A DNA stretch of 32,000 bases from Candidatus Saccharimonadota bacterium. GTDB lineage: Bacteria > Patescibacteriota > Microgenomatia > UBA1406 > GWC2-37-13. A program made the translations under genes and the position numbers. Location of the stretch: assembly GCA_016432445.1 (NCBI GenBank), contig CP066689.1:360001-392000 (forward strand), read 5' to 3'. Under the pieces are notes generated by a model, which was not told where the DNA came from, made no database searches, and saw only the letters and a program-made list of their open reading frames with translations. This document shows, in pieces, positions 23,277-32,000 of the stretch; the stretch's first letter is position 1, and each line of letters begins with the position of its first letter.

Positions 23277-24755
23277 TTATACCTTTTCAGTTACTTTATA
23301 GGTAATCTTCTTTCCGAGTAATAATCTCGTATGCGCTTCCAAGGCCGGTAAGGATGAAAGCGCAAAAGATATAACTGGTAAAAGATACCATTGTATCAAA
23401 AGGAAAGGAACATTAATAGGCCGCGTTTTAATATCAACCTTTTTTCTAAGCTGAATATCAAGATAAATGTATAGGACAAGCATTGCTGAAGCAATAGTTA
23501 AAATAAGCCCTGAAAGATTGGGGAGCAAAAATCCTAAAACTGTTCTTTTAAAAACAGGATTAATTAAAGGGGGAACAGAGGCACTTATAGTGAGGATAAA
23601 AAATGAGGTTGGCCACAGAAGATGAGTTTCAGCTAAAAAAATTATTCTTTTTAATTTTGGCAATAAAGGAATATGAGGAGTAGTAAAAAGTTTCCGCCAG
23701 GCATAGCCCATATCGCTTACTCCCCAAGCCCAGCGTTTTTCCTGTTCATATCTATTTTTTAAGGTTTTTAACAAACTGCCTGAATAAACAGCATCACCGT
23801 TGATGATCGTATAAAGAGGAATGGTTTTTATTTTTTCCCCAAATGTAAAAAATGCCTGGAAAAAAACATGCCAGTCTTCAGGTATGATATCAACATCCCA
23901 AAAATCAATCTGTTTCAAAAGCCATAGATTAGTAGTGTAGGTTGAAATTTGAATTAGGCTATTAGTTTGAGATAAAAAGGCCAAACGCAAAAGCGAGGAC
24001 AAAGTAGCCTGCATACGGACAAAAAATGGTAGTTTCGCAAAGTTGTTATAAAGCAAAACCGGAGCCCAGTAAAAATGATAAGCGCCTTCCTTATCTTTTA
24101 AATATTCATAAGTGACGTAGGAGAAATAATTTTTAGGCAGTAAGCTGTCAGCATCGCAGATGGTGATCAAAACATTTTTTTCCGGAAAGTTATTCTTTTG
24201 AACATATTCATCAACTGCCCTGGCCGCAAATGTTTGATTACTGGCTTTTCCAGGTTCTTCATTAGTTTCTAAGATATGATAAGAAGTGATTATATCTTTA
24301 AATTTGCTTTGATATTTTGCTTGGAAATAATTAGCTTTTTCTATTGCTTCTTCTTCTCTTTTTTCGAAAGCCATAATTAAAAAAAGATTTTGATAAGGAT
24401 AGTCATTTTTAACAATTGATTCTATGGTTGATTCGATTTTATTTAAAGGTTCCTTATAGTTGGGGATAATAATAAAATGCTGAATCTCCTGACTTTTTTT
24501 ATTGTTTGCAATTTTTTTAAAATAAGGAATTTTTTCATGTTGAATGATTTTTAAATAAGAAACAGTGGCGTAGTAGGCGGTAAGAAGCGATTTATACAAA
24601 AAATAAAGGTCAAATAAAATTATAAAATAAGCAACGATTGCCGGATGAAATGGAGAGAACCAAAGAGGAAAAGTAATAATTACCCAGGTCAAAAAAGGCA
24701 CAGCCGACTCCCCGATTCTATTGAAAAAATTTGATTTTATAAACCGTTCCGACAT
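23277..24755 (-). CDS. membrane GT2 processive beta-glycosyltransferase (cellulose/chitin-synthase-like)
   Basis: IIIPNYKEPL, ICDADSLLP (DxD) and QEKRWAWG (QxxRW) are present, with flanking TM helices. The track start is a TTG at 24773; the ATG is at 24755. Confidence 0.65.
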   Translation of the reverse strand: MSERFIKSNFFNRIGESAVPFLTWVIITFPLWFSPFHPAIVAYFIILFDLYFLYKSLLTAYYATVSYLKIIQHEKIPYFKKIANNKKSQEIQHFIIIPNYKEPLNKIESTIESIVKNDYPYQNLFLIMAFEKREEEAIEKANYFQAKYQSKFKDIITSYHILETNEEPGKASNQTFAARAVDEYVQKNNFPEKNVLITICDADSLLPKNYFSYVTYEYLKDKEGAYHFYWAPVLLYNNFAKLPFFVRMQATLSSLLRLAFLSQTNSLIQISTYTTNLWLLKQIDFWDVDIIPEDWHVFFQAFFTFGEKIKTIPLYTIINGDAVYSGSLLKTLKNRYEQEKRWAWGVSDMGYAWRKLFTTPHIPLLPKLKRIIFLAETHLLWPTSFFILTISASVPPLINPVFKRTVLGFLLPNLSGLILTIASAMLVLYIYLDIQLRKKVDIKTRPINVPFLLIQWYLLPVISFALSSLPALEAHTRLLLGKKITYKVTEKV

Positions 24756-24777
24756 GTGGATATTATACCGCAAATAA

Positions 24778-24860
24778 GTTATGAGTTATGGGTTGTGGGT
24801 TCTGGGTTCTGGGTTCCAAACATTATATAGTTATGGGCTCTGGGTTGTGGGTTTTGAGTA
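24778..24860. repeat. GGGTT-type degenerate repeats (left arm of the four-helix-bundle cassette)
   Basis: gttatgagttatgggttgtgggttctgggttctgggtt is followed by gttatgggctctgggttgtgggttttgagta. The second block encodes the C-terminal tail KTHNPEPITI of the 4HB protein. Confidence 0.7.
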
Positions 24861-25200
24861 GGGATTTTTTGAGATTGGCGATCATTCTGCTTAAGCTACT
24901 GCAGCTGCTATAAAGTATTTCATATTGTATTTGATTTATATATTTTCTTTTAAGTGATATTGAGATAATTGCTACACATTCAAAACATGATCCCTTTGAT
25001 AAATCAAGAAAGTGATTGAAATCTTTTCTTGTACGACTTGTTCCTTCGGCAATATTCAAAGCTATTGATACGGCTGCACGTCTGAATTGGGATGTAATTC
25101 CAAACATTTCATTATCTGGAAAAGAATTTGTAAATGAATAAACTTTATTTATAAATGTTAATGCTTCTTGATAAACTCTTAATTTTTCAAAAGTAAACAT
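24823..25200 (-). CDS. four-helix-bundle protein (23S rRNA intervening-sequence protein family)
   Basis: MFTFEKLRVYQEAL...ITSQFRRAAVSIALNIAEGTSR...FLDLSKGSCFECV is the characteristic pattern of this family. The track start at 25209 is a GTG; the ATG is at 25200. Confidence 0.85.
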   Translation of the reverse strand: MFTFEKLRVYQEALTFINKVYSFTNSFPDNEMFGITSQFRRAAVSIALNIAEGTSRTRKDFNHFLDLSKGSCFECVAIISISLKRKYINQIQYEILYSSCSSLSRMIANLKKSLLKTHNPEPITI

Positions 25201-25267
25201 ATCAAACACTTTACTTTTCTATGTATTCTATTTCTATAGAATATAAACAACAAAGTTGAGTATTTTA

Positions 25268-25300
25268 ACTCACAACCCAGAACTCATAACCCAGAACTTA
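25268..25300. repeat. AACCC-type repeats (right arm, inverted relative to 24778-24860)
   Basis: actcacaacccagaactcataacccagaactta is the reverse-complement type of the left-arm units. Confidence 0.7.
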
Positions 25301-25308
25301 AGCCTTAA

Positions 25309-28300
25309 TTACCACGCCTCACAAATCATCTTAAAAGAGCAGAAGGAACAGAGGGCGCTTACCTTTGGTTTAAAATCATCACTTCGTATTTTCGTGACTA
25401 TCTCAACGATTTCATTTTTCACTTCACTCATATCTTCATCAGTTCGTTTAATTAATTTTTTTTGCATATCTTTTAAGTAATAAAAAGCAAGTCCGACTTG
25501 TTCCAATTTTTTTCCATAAAGTCCTTTATCGGTTGCCGCCAAAGCATAAATTGAAAGCTGAAGACTTTTTGCAAGTTCCTTGTCATCAGGCATACTTCCG
25601 GTTTTATAATCAATAATCTCGATTCCTCCATTTTCTGTTTTATCAACTCTGTCAATTTTGCCGGTTAGGAAGATATCATCAACAAGTTTTATTTTGAATA
25701 ATTTTTCAAGCGCCATAATTTCAATGTCGGGATTGTGGTAGTTTTTAAAATATTCATCAATTATTTTTTCCCCTTCTTGTTTCATTTTTTCCTGATGTTC
25801 GGCTGAGGCATAACCGATCGGGACCCATTGTTCATGATAAATTTCCCTTAACCTTGGTAAACCAATTTTTTTATCATTAATATATTCTTGATAAAATCTT
25901 TGCAAAGTTTTATGTATAGTATCTCCAAAAGAGGCGGCAGACGAAGAAAGAGTTGGAATCTTTAATATATATTGATATTTATACTGCAAAGGACATTTGT
26001 CAAAACATTCAAGCTGGGAAAAAGAGAAGTTAGTTAGCATGAATTTTTCTTTAATAATGTTCTCTTCTGGTTTTTTAAAATCAAAAATTGAAAGCTGAAG
26101 TTTCTCTTCTTTTTTCTTAGACTCAATTTGTTTCATGATGTCTTCTCCCAAGGCTTCAATGACAAAAGGAGAGATTTTTCTTTCCCTTTTTCCCTCTCCA
26201 TAACTTTGAGACAAAGATAAGTATAGGTTGTCTTTAGCCCGGGTCATGCCAACATAAAACAATCTCCGTTCCTCCTGCATATGATAATCGCCTTGAGGAA
26301 GGATTTCTTTTATAAGTTCATTGGGAATTGGTATGGGTTCTTTTTTTTCATAGGTGGGAAAGCGCCCCCGGCTTAAATTAACTAAAAAAACAATTGGAAA
26401 TTCTAAACCTTTAGCAGCATGAGCAGTCATAATATTGACAGCGTCATAGTCAGCAACATCATCTTCAGCTACAATCGGTGATTCACCCACCTCCATACTC
26501 ATATCAAGGTAATCAACGACTGCGTAAACTGAGGCATCAGAATGTCCGTTTTCGTAGGATTTCAGTTTGCTGAAAAACTTACTAATATTAAGAGCGATTT
26601 TTTCCTGTTTTTGCGATTGATAAGTAACGATTTGTTTTATGTAGCCGGTATCTTCCAAAAAGTAATACAATATTTGTCCTGCTGAGTCTTTTTTAACCAG
26701 TTCAAGATGACGATGAATCATTTTATAGATTTTATCTAATGCAACTTTTGTATCTTCATGCAAAAGAGGAAGAAACTTTTTATAAATCTGCAAATTGTCA
26801 TTGCGAGGCATAGCCGAAGCAATCTCCGCATTAGATTCCTTCTCCGCCAGCCCATTCGGGTCTGAGCCCCTTAGGGTCGAAGACTGGCGGATCGGAATGA
26901 CAGAGATAAGAAACAGATAAACTTCAATAGCCAATAAAAGAGGGAGATTGGTTTTTTTTGAAAAAGTAATTAATAGATTAATATCCCTCGTGTCAATATT
27001 AAAAATATCCATACTTAAAACCCGGTAAAGAGATATAGAATCTTCAATGTTATAAAGAACTTTAAGATAAGCGATAAGATCTTTTACTTCAGGCTGTTTA
27101 AAAAGCATTCCCGGTCCAAAAAATTTATAAGGAATGCCTTGACGTATAAACTCGGCAACAAATGGATCAGCATGGTTATTGGCTCTAACTAAAAGGGCAA
27201 AGTTGGAATATTTATAATTTTTTTTTTGTTTAAGCTTTATTATCTCTCTTGAGACAAACTCTGATTCGCGGTTGATATTATCTGCTCCATAAAATTGGAC
27301 AGTCGTTTTATTCTGTCCTCTTTGGGCAGTTAATCTTTTTGATATTCCAAGCTGAGTTTCCAAGGTATCAGGATTATTATTTTGAATGAGCTTGTAGGAA
27401 GAATCAAGGATATGCTGATAAGAACGATAATTAGTTTTTAGGGTTACCTGCATAGCTTGAGGGTAATCTTTCATAAAGGTTAGTATATTGGAGATTGAAG
27501 CGCCCCTGAATTTATAGATAGCTTGAGAGTCATCGCCGACAACTGTTAGATTAGGGTTGGAGTCTGTGGGACAAAGGAGCTTAAGCAAAAGATACTGGGC
27601 AATATTTGTGTCTTGGAACTCATCAACCAGCACATATTTAAACTGCTGCTGATATTTTTTTAAGATTGAAAGGCGGCTGCGGAAAAGCTTCAAAAGATAG
27701 AAAATTAGATCTGAAAAATCAAAAAATCCTTCTTTAATTTTTAATTCCTGATAAGTTTTGTAAGCATTCGCCAGTTCTAGTATTTTTTCTTTTTCTTCCT
27801 CGCTTAAATCGGAGTTATGTGGTTTGTTATTAACCCAGGTTAAATATTGCTCGGGTGAAATATCTTCGTCCCTTAATCTTGAAAAATGCTGTAACATGGC
27901 TCCTAAAAATTTGTGGGGGTTGCCTAAAGGCCGGAAGTATTTAAGATTAAATAAAAACAAATTATTTTTCAAAAACATTATAGTTTCCGCTTGAGTTAAA
28001 AGTTTGTATCCTGCATTTAAGCCAATATGGCTGATTTCATCTCTTAAAATCTGATCGGCAAAAGAGTGGAAGGTTGAGATCCACATCTGAAAATATCCAT
28101 AAGGCATTTCACGATCTACTCTTTCTTCCATCTCAGCACTAGCTTTCTCAGTGAATGTCAGAGCTAAAATTTCGTCAGGTTTGGCTAGTTTGTTAGCAAT
28201 AATATCCTTAATCTTTTCAATAATTACTGTAGTTTTTCCAGTTCCTGCCCCGGCGATAATAAGCAGCGGTCCTGAATTTACAGCAACTGCTTTTTTCTGT

Positions 28301-28335
28301 TCATCATTTAATAAATTATTAGGCGCCAGCTGCAT
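25309..28335 (-). CDS. UvrD/PcrA-type superfamily 1 helicase fused to a C-terminal PD-(D/E)XK (Cas4/AddB-like, Cys-containing) nuclease domain
   Basis: Helicase motifs are AGAGTGKTTVI (Walker A) and VLVDEFQDTN (motif II). In the C-terminus, CPLQYKY, GKIDRVD...IEIIDYKTG and CSFCSFKMIC form the nuclease core plus the Cys cluster. Confidence 0.9.
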   Translation of the reverse strand: MQLAPNNLLNDEQKKAVAVNSGPLLIIAGAGTGKTTVIIEKIKDIIANKLAKPDEILALTFTEKASAEMEERVDREMPYGYFQMWISTFHSFADQILRDEISHIGLNAGYKLLTQAETIMFLKNNLFLFNLKYFRPLGNPHKFLGAMLQHFSRLRDEDISPEQYLTWVNNKPHNSDLSEEEKEKILELANAYKTYQELKIKEGFFDFSDLIFYLLKLFRSRLSILKKYQQQFKYVLVDEFQDTNIAQYLLLKLLCPTDSNPNLTVVGDDSQAIYKFRGASISNILTFMKDYPQAMQVTLKTNYRSYQHILDSSYKLIQNNNPDTLETQLGISKRLTAQRGQNKTTVQFYGADNINRESEFVSREIIKLKQKKNYKYSNFALLVRANNHADPFVAEFIRQGIPYKFFGPGMLFKQPEVKDLIAYLKVLYNIEDSISLYRVLSMDIFNIDTRDINLLITFSKKTNLPLLLAIEVYLFLISVIPIRQSSTLRGSDPNGLAEKESNAEIASAMPRNDNLQIYKKFLPLLHEDTKVALDKIYKMIHRHLELVKKDSAGQILYYFLEDTGYIKQIVTYQSQKQEKIALNISKFFSKLKSYENGHSDASVYAVVDYLDMSMEVGESPIVAEDDVADYDAVNIMTAHAAKGLEFPIVFLVNLSRGRFPTYEKKEPIPIPNELIKEILPQGDYHMQEERRLFYVGMTRAKDNLYLSLSQSYGEGKRERKISPFVIEALGEDIMKQIESKKKEEKLQLSIFDFKKPEENIIKEKFMLTNFSFSQLECFDKCPLQYKYQYILKIPTLSSSAASFGDTIHKTLQRFYQEYINDKKIGLPRLREIYHEQWVPIGYASAEHQEKMKQEGEKIIDEYFKNYHNPDIEIMALEKLFKIKLVDDIFLTGKIDRVDKTENGGIEIIDYKTGSMPDDKELAKSLQLSIYALAATDKGLYGKKLEQVGLAFYYLKDMQKKLIKRTDEDMSEVKNEIVEIVTKIRSDDFKPKVSALCSFCSFKMICEAW
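26798..26901. repeat. ~104-bp GC-rich, inverted-repeat-bounded hairpin element (MITE/REP-like) inside the helicase ORF, read through in frame
   Basis: The ends are GTCATTGCGA (26798-26807) and TCGGAATGAC (26892-26901), complementary at 9 of 10 positions. An inner hairpin CCGCCAG (26844-26850) / CTGGCGG (26884-26890) has a core homologous to 14521-14571. It encodes ...IRQSSTLRGSDPNGLAEKESNAEIASAMPRNDN.... Confidence 0.7.
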
Positions 28336-28394
28336 AGTCTATCAATTGTATACTACTGTATTCTGATTTTGCAAAGTGAAGTGTTTTTTTGTAA

Positions 28395-29309
28395 TTATTC
28401 GGGTTTTATCAAAGTAAGTGCTACCATGTAAGGTCTATATTTATTGAAAACAGGAGAATGCATTGTAAGTGAGATTTCCCGATCGCCCATTTGATTAGTA
28501 AGGTCACTGTATGAATATTTTTTTTCTTGAATAGTTAGCCCTTTTTGGCTCCAGTGCTTTTTTACTTCATCTAAGGTTTCTCTATTATTTCTTTTTTCAG
28601 AATTTATAAGCCAGGGAAAAAATACTGCGCGTCCTCCTGGTTTTAAACTTGCAGCTACTTTGTCGGCAAATTCTATATGTGTTTTAAGTGGAAATCCATC
28701 AAAATAGAAAGGATAGGCTTCAATACCACTAATAAATGCCAAAGAATTAGGTTGAAATGGATAATCAAGCAAATTTGCTCTTACATGATCTTTCATTTCA
28801 CCTGCTTTCCAAAAAAATATAGTATCTCTATATTCTGCAGGAAAGCTACTTTCTGCGCGGCGTTCTATTTCTTTAGGATCTTCTATATCCAAGCTAAATA
28901 TTCGAAACTTACGAAGTTTTGGAGCTAATTTTGCGGCAAAAAATGTAGCCAAATCAGCGATTAATTCACCTGCAACTTCTTCTTCAACTATCGTTAATAA
29001 TTCATCTTTTAAAGTTTGACGGGCATCTTTTGGTAGTATAATTTGCCAGCGTCCTCGTCCAATCAGCTTTTCCCGTTCATACCTTTCATTAAATATAACA
29101 ACGGAAGTTTTAAACTGAGAGTTTAATAAATCTCTAATACTTTCAACATCTTTATTAATTATTGCAAATTCAGTGTTACCTACAGGAACAGTTGGCGGAT
29201 CATATAATAAATCTTGCAGTACTGCCTGCATTAACTTTCTGGGATTAGAATTATGGGGAGAGATTAAATCTCTGACTTTTCTTATTTGCAATTCGTCAAG
29301 TTTACCCAT
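28395..29309 (-). CDS. hypothetical protein; C-terminal half weakly resembles a class I methyltransferase fold lacking the Gly-rich SAM loop
   Basis: The protein is 304 aa. KFRIFSLDIEDPKE, NSLAFISGIEAY and LKPGGRAVFF are spaced like MTase motifs I, IV and post-II, but no GxGxG is present. Confidence 0.55.
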   Translation of the reverse strand: MGKLDELQIRKVRDLISPHNSNPRKLMQAVLQDLLYDPPTVPVGNTEFAIINKDVESIRDLLNSQFKTSVVIFNERYEREKLIGRGRWQIILPKDARQTLKDELLTIVEEEVAGELIADLATFFAAKLAPKLRKFRIFSLDIEDPKEIERRAESSFPAEYRDTIFFWKAGEMKDHVRANLLDYPFQPNSLAFISGIEAYPFYFDGFPLKTHIEFADKVAASLKPGGRAVFFPWLINSEKRNNRETLDEVKKHWSQKGLTIQEKKYSYSDLTNQMGDREISLTMHSPVFNKYRPYMVALTLIKPE

Positions 29310-29326
29310 TGCTGGAATTTGATTCT

Positions 29327-29674
29327 CTAAAGGAAGACGCGATTGTTTTTTTGTACAGAAACCACAACTTCTCCAATAATCTTTCGTGCATCATCATAAC
29401 AAGCTTGTTTTCTTCTTTCTCGTATCATCTGAGCGTAAGTAGGGTAGGAAGAACAAACATCTAACATAAAAAAATCACCACAGGTATTATCAACAGCTTT
29501 AAGAAAATCTTTTTGGGTGACTAAGCGGGCAGTTTTGCCCCATGCATACATTGTTCCGTTTACTTGAGGATCACCAGTTAATCTAATAAGCAGGTTTTCT
29601 TCAGGCGTATTTCCTAATCTCATATCATCAGCTAGATCTTTATCAAAACCCCCACTTAGTTTTTCCCCTGACAT
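29327..29674 (-). CDS. hypothetical protein (115 aa)
   Basis: The ORF ends 17 nt upstream of the 304-aa gene and has no recognised domain. Confidence 0.5.
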   Translation of the reverse strand: MSGEKLSGGFDKDLADDMRLGNTPEENLLIRLTGDPQVNGTMYAWGKTARLVTQKDFLKAVDNTCGDFFMLDVCSSYPTYAQMIRERRKQACYDDARKIIGEVVVSVQKNNRVFL

Positions 29675-29716
29675 TGGCGTATTTTAACATATAAACTCAG
29701 CGACTTTAATTAATAT

Positions 29717-30574
29717 TTAAAAGAAGCCTCTTTTATGATGGGGGGAAACGACATAGTGACATTCGTGGATGGCGAAGCTTAAAAATAGAAATGTCAGGGC
29801 AAAAAAAGTTATGGGTAATATCGCAATCCTAGGATCAATTATTCCTAGTATGTAATTAACAAGAAGAGGTAGAGTAAAAGCGTGAAATGCGATTTGTAAA
29901 GTTTTTCTTAAGGTGATTCCTTTAAAATAGTATTTTGCAAAAAAGTGAACGACAATGCTGGCAAGCAGTAAATATAAAAAATTAACAATTATTACAATCA
30001 GAGGCAATAAAATAATAAAGACAAAAGGCATAAGTAAATAGATAGTTGATATTACATTTTTGAGAATATCATTAATTTCCTCGACCTTTGCCTTATCGAT
30101 AATTATCGAATCCTTATCGAATGAGTTAATAATATATTTATTTTTATCAAATAGACTTCTTGAAATTACAGCTTCATGAGTTAATAGAGTTAGTGCGTTA
30201 TAATCCTTTATGGAAGTTTGAGTGCCATTTTCGTCAATGACTAATAGAAGTATTTTCTTTTGATTGTTATCCATCCACATAAAATAAGGCCGGTTGTAGT
30301 TCGTAGTTAATTTGCCATTTTTTATGGAAATGATTAAATCATCTGGAAAAGCAGCTAAGCTTTTATAAAAATTGGTGCTGGCAAGAGAAAAATTTTGAAA
30401 AAGATTAAATTTGAAAGCGTAGATGCAAACAAAAACTAAATAAACAATAATTGAAAGAAACAAAAAATATTTTAAAGAAAAGCTAAATTTTGTTTTAATC
30501 AGTTTATGATAAAAAGGTTGATGCGGCAATAGACTGCTTCTAAATACGTAAAAAAAGGTCTTGACTTTTTTCAT
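29717..30574 (-). CDS. polytopic membrane protein of unknown function
   Basis: It contains several TM helices. The track start at 30613 is a TTG; the ATG (MKKVKTFFYVF...) is at 30574. Confidence 0.6.
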   Translation of the reverse strand: MKKVKTFFYVFRSSLLPHQPFYHKLIKTKFSFSLKYFLFLSIIVYLVFVCIYAFKFNLFQNFSLASTNFYKSLAAFPDDLIISIKNGKLTTNYNRPYFMWMDNNQKKILLLVIDENGTQTSIKDYNALTLLTHEAVISRSLFDKNKYIINSFDKDSIIIDKAKVEEINDILKNVISTIYLLMPFVFIILLPLIVIIVNFLYLLLASIVVHFFAKYYFKGITLRKTLQIAFHAFTLPLLVNYILGIIDPRIAILPITFFALTFLFLSFAIHECHYVVSPHHKRGFF

Positions 30575-30684
30575 ATTTAGAATTATGATATGTAGGTAGA
30601 GGAAAAATATCAACAGTATTTACTCCATTAAAAATATTGGAGTTAGTTATTTTTTTAGTAGCATTTTCCCTATTATTTAAAAGT

Positions 30685-30690
30685 TATATT
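30685..30690 (+). promoter_or_regulatory. -10-like box 7 nt upstream of the tuf ATG
   Basis: TATATT at 30685-30690 is followed by ttttatt and then the ATG at 30698. No SD is visible and the -35 is poor. Confidence 0.3.
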
Positions 30691-30697
30691 TTTTATT

Positions 30698-31882
30698 ATG
30701 GCAGAAGGTGTATTCAAGAGAACTAAACCTCATATAAATATTGGTACTATTGGTCATGTCGATCATGGTAAAACTACGACAACTTCAGCAATTCATTATG
30801 TTCTTTCAAAAAAAGGAACAGCTAAATTCTTAAAATATGAAGAAATTGATAAAGCTCCTGAGGAAAAAGCAAGAGGAGTCACTATTAATATCCATCATTC
30901 AGAATACGAAACTGATAAAAGACATTATGCACATATTGATGCTCCAGGACATGCTGATTACATAAAAAATATGATTACAGGAGCCGCTCAAATGGATGGA
31001 GCTATACTAGTAGTATCTGCTCCTGATGGTCCAATGCCTCAGACAAGAGAACATATTTTATTGGCAAGACAGGTTAATGTGCCCGCTATAGTTGTTTACC
31101 TAAACAAAATAGATATGGTTCAGGATAAAGAAATCGTTGAACTTGTTGAGATGGAAGTAAGAGATCTCTTGAAGAAATACGGATATCCTGGAGATGATGT
31201 TCCTGTCATCAAAGGGTCTTCTCTTAAGGCCTTACAAGATGATCCCGAATCAATAAAAGCCATTGAAGATCTTATGAAAGCCGTTGATGAATATATTCCA
31301 GAACCAGTTCGTCCGGTTGATAAACCATTTTTAATGCCTGTTGAGGATGTCTTCACCATTCAAGGAAGAGGTACTGTTGTCACAGGTAGAGTTGAAAGAG
31401 GAGTTCTTAAAGTAAACGAAGAGATTGAGATTGTTGGAGTAAAAGCAACAAAAAAAACGGTTGTTACTGGTATTGAGATGTTTAGAAAAACATTAGATGA
31501 AGCTCGAGCCGGAGACAACACTGGTTTGCTTTTAAGAGGAGTAGAAAAGACTGATGTTGAAAGAGGTCAGGTTATTGCCAAACCAGGTTCAGTTACTCCA
31601 CATACAGAGTTTGATGCACAAATTTATGTTTTAACAAAAGAAGAAGGTGGAAGACACACGCCATTTTTCAAAGGTTATCGTCCTCAATTTTACATAAGAA
31701 CAACTGATGTAACAGGAGAACTTAATTTACCTGAAGGTGTTGAGATGGTGATGCCTGGTGACGATGTAAAAATTTCAGCTAAATTAATTTACCCAATTGC
31801 CTTGGAAGAAGGGCTTAAGTTTGCCGTTCGAGAAGGCGGTCATACCGTTGGAGCAGGAGTAGTCACCAAGGTAATTAAGTAA
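30698..31882 (+). CDS. tuf: translation elongation factor Tu
   Basis: The [17 protein letters not shown] and NKID G-domain motifs are present, and the 394-aa product matches EF-Tu over its full length. Confidence 0.98.
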   Translation: MAEGVFKRTKPHINIGTIGHVDHGKTTTTSAIHYVLSKKGTAKFLKYEEIDKAPEEKARGVTINIHHSEYETDKRHYAHIDAPGHADYIKNMITGAAQMDGAILVVSAPDGPMPQTREHILLARQVNVPAIVVYLNKIDMVQDKEIVELVEMEVRDLLKKYGYPGDDVPVIKGSSLKALQDDPESIKAIEDLMKAVDEYIPEPVRPVDKPFLMPVEDVFTIQGRGTVVTGRVERGVLKVNEEIEIVGVKATKKTVVTGIEMFRKTLDEARAGDNTGLLLRGVEKTDVERGQVIAKPGSVTPHTEFDAQIYVLTKEEGGRHTPFFKGYRPQFYIRTTDVTGELNLPEGVEMVMPGDDVKISAKLIYPIALEEGLKFAVREGGHTVGAGVVTKVIK

Positions 31883-31957
31883 TCATATAACGGGTATAAT
31901 GGTTATAACAATTATAACTGTTATAATTGTCGAAAAATTAAGTTTGCACTTTTAAAT

Positions 31958-32000
31958 ATGCCAAAAGGAAGAATTAGAATTAAACTGAAAGCATACGATC
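31958..32000 (+). CDS. rpsJ: 30S ribosomal protein S10, 5' fragment (continues past window end)
   Basis: MPKGRIRIKLKAYD matches the conserved S10 N-terminus (..IRIKLKAfD) and lies in the canonical position after tuf. Confidence 0.75.
   Translation, partial: MPKGRIRIKLKAYD

Noticed and set aside
23209-25300. GGGTT/AACCC short repeats considered as a CRISPR array
   Set aside because: The units are degenerate 6-8-mers with no unique spacers of regular length, and no cas genes are present. They form inverted arms rather than a direct-repeat and spacer array.
25256-25480. 74-aa plus-strand ORF starting in the AACCC repeat
   Set aside because: It consists of translation of the repeat (THNPELITQN) followed by antisense sequence of the helicase gene. 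It is not a credible gene.
204-30613. Track ORF starts at TTG or GTG codons (204, 13910, 17639, 20507, 20540, 24773, 25209, 30613)
   Set aside because: Each has a downstream ATG that sits 6-8 nt after a -10-like box or gives a family-typical N-terminus. Several of the upstream codons fall inside the predicted promoters.
1-32000. Alternative genetic code (UGA recoding, as in some CPR lineages)
   Set aside because: Long, well-supported ORFs terminate at TGA. Examples are the AbiEii-type gene, the antitoxin gene, and the ATGA overlaps at 8927-8930 and 16524-16527. Conserved proteins show no in-frame TGA, so the standard code fits.
1-32000. tRNA, rRNA, transposase or integrase genes near the cassette array or the GC-rich island
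   Set aside because: I found no cloverleaf-like T-arm or acceptor sequences and no recombinase-like ORFs on either strand. The mobility inferences therefore rest on repeats and composition only.

Overview
This is an AT-rich bacterial chromosomal segment, roughly one-third G+C by eye, using the standard genetic code with short spacers. Native genes show almost no Shine-Dalgarno sequences, and many -10 boxes sit 6-8 nt from the ATG, which suggests leaderless starts. The gene content and repeat types suggest a CPR/Patescibacteria-like genome; this is inference only. Those repeat types are a four-helix-bundle IVS-type protein flanked by GGGTT-type repeats, and GC-rich palindromic elements.

Layout:
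- 1-1132: the tail of an SH3b protein, then an AbiEii-type toxin module.
- 1209-7816: a four-gene plus-strand operon. It encodes a kinase-like protein, a 610-aa protein built from a ~108-aa unit repeated five times, a 1113-aa SNF2 ATPase fused to a class I methyltransferase, and a divergent alkyladenine-glycosylase-like protein. This is my best candidate for an undescribed nucleic-acid modification or defence system.
- 7821-13203 (minus strand): sugar-nucleotide and glycan genes, namely a DPM-like GT2-GtrA fusion, UXS, Ugd, RfbD and RfbB.
- 13344-15380: a NUDIX gene, then an apparent cassette array at the miaB 3' end. It holds three copies of the miaB tail, a GNAT gene and a 183-aa gene.
- 15319-18000: miaB, an MraY/WecA-like GT4 gene and a small membrane protein.
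- 18040-19030: a roughly 1-kb GC-rich two-gene island with strong SD sites and palindromic operators.
- 19140-25300: glyA, a Phd/RelE-type TA pair, envelope glycosyltransferases and the four-helix-bundle cassette.
- 25309-32000: a UvrD-type helicase-nuclease carrying an in-frame GC-rich hairpin element, two unknown genes, a membrane protein, tuf and the start of rpsJ.

I recognised no rRNA, tRNA, CRISPR array, transposase or integrase.
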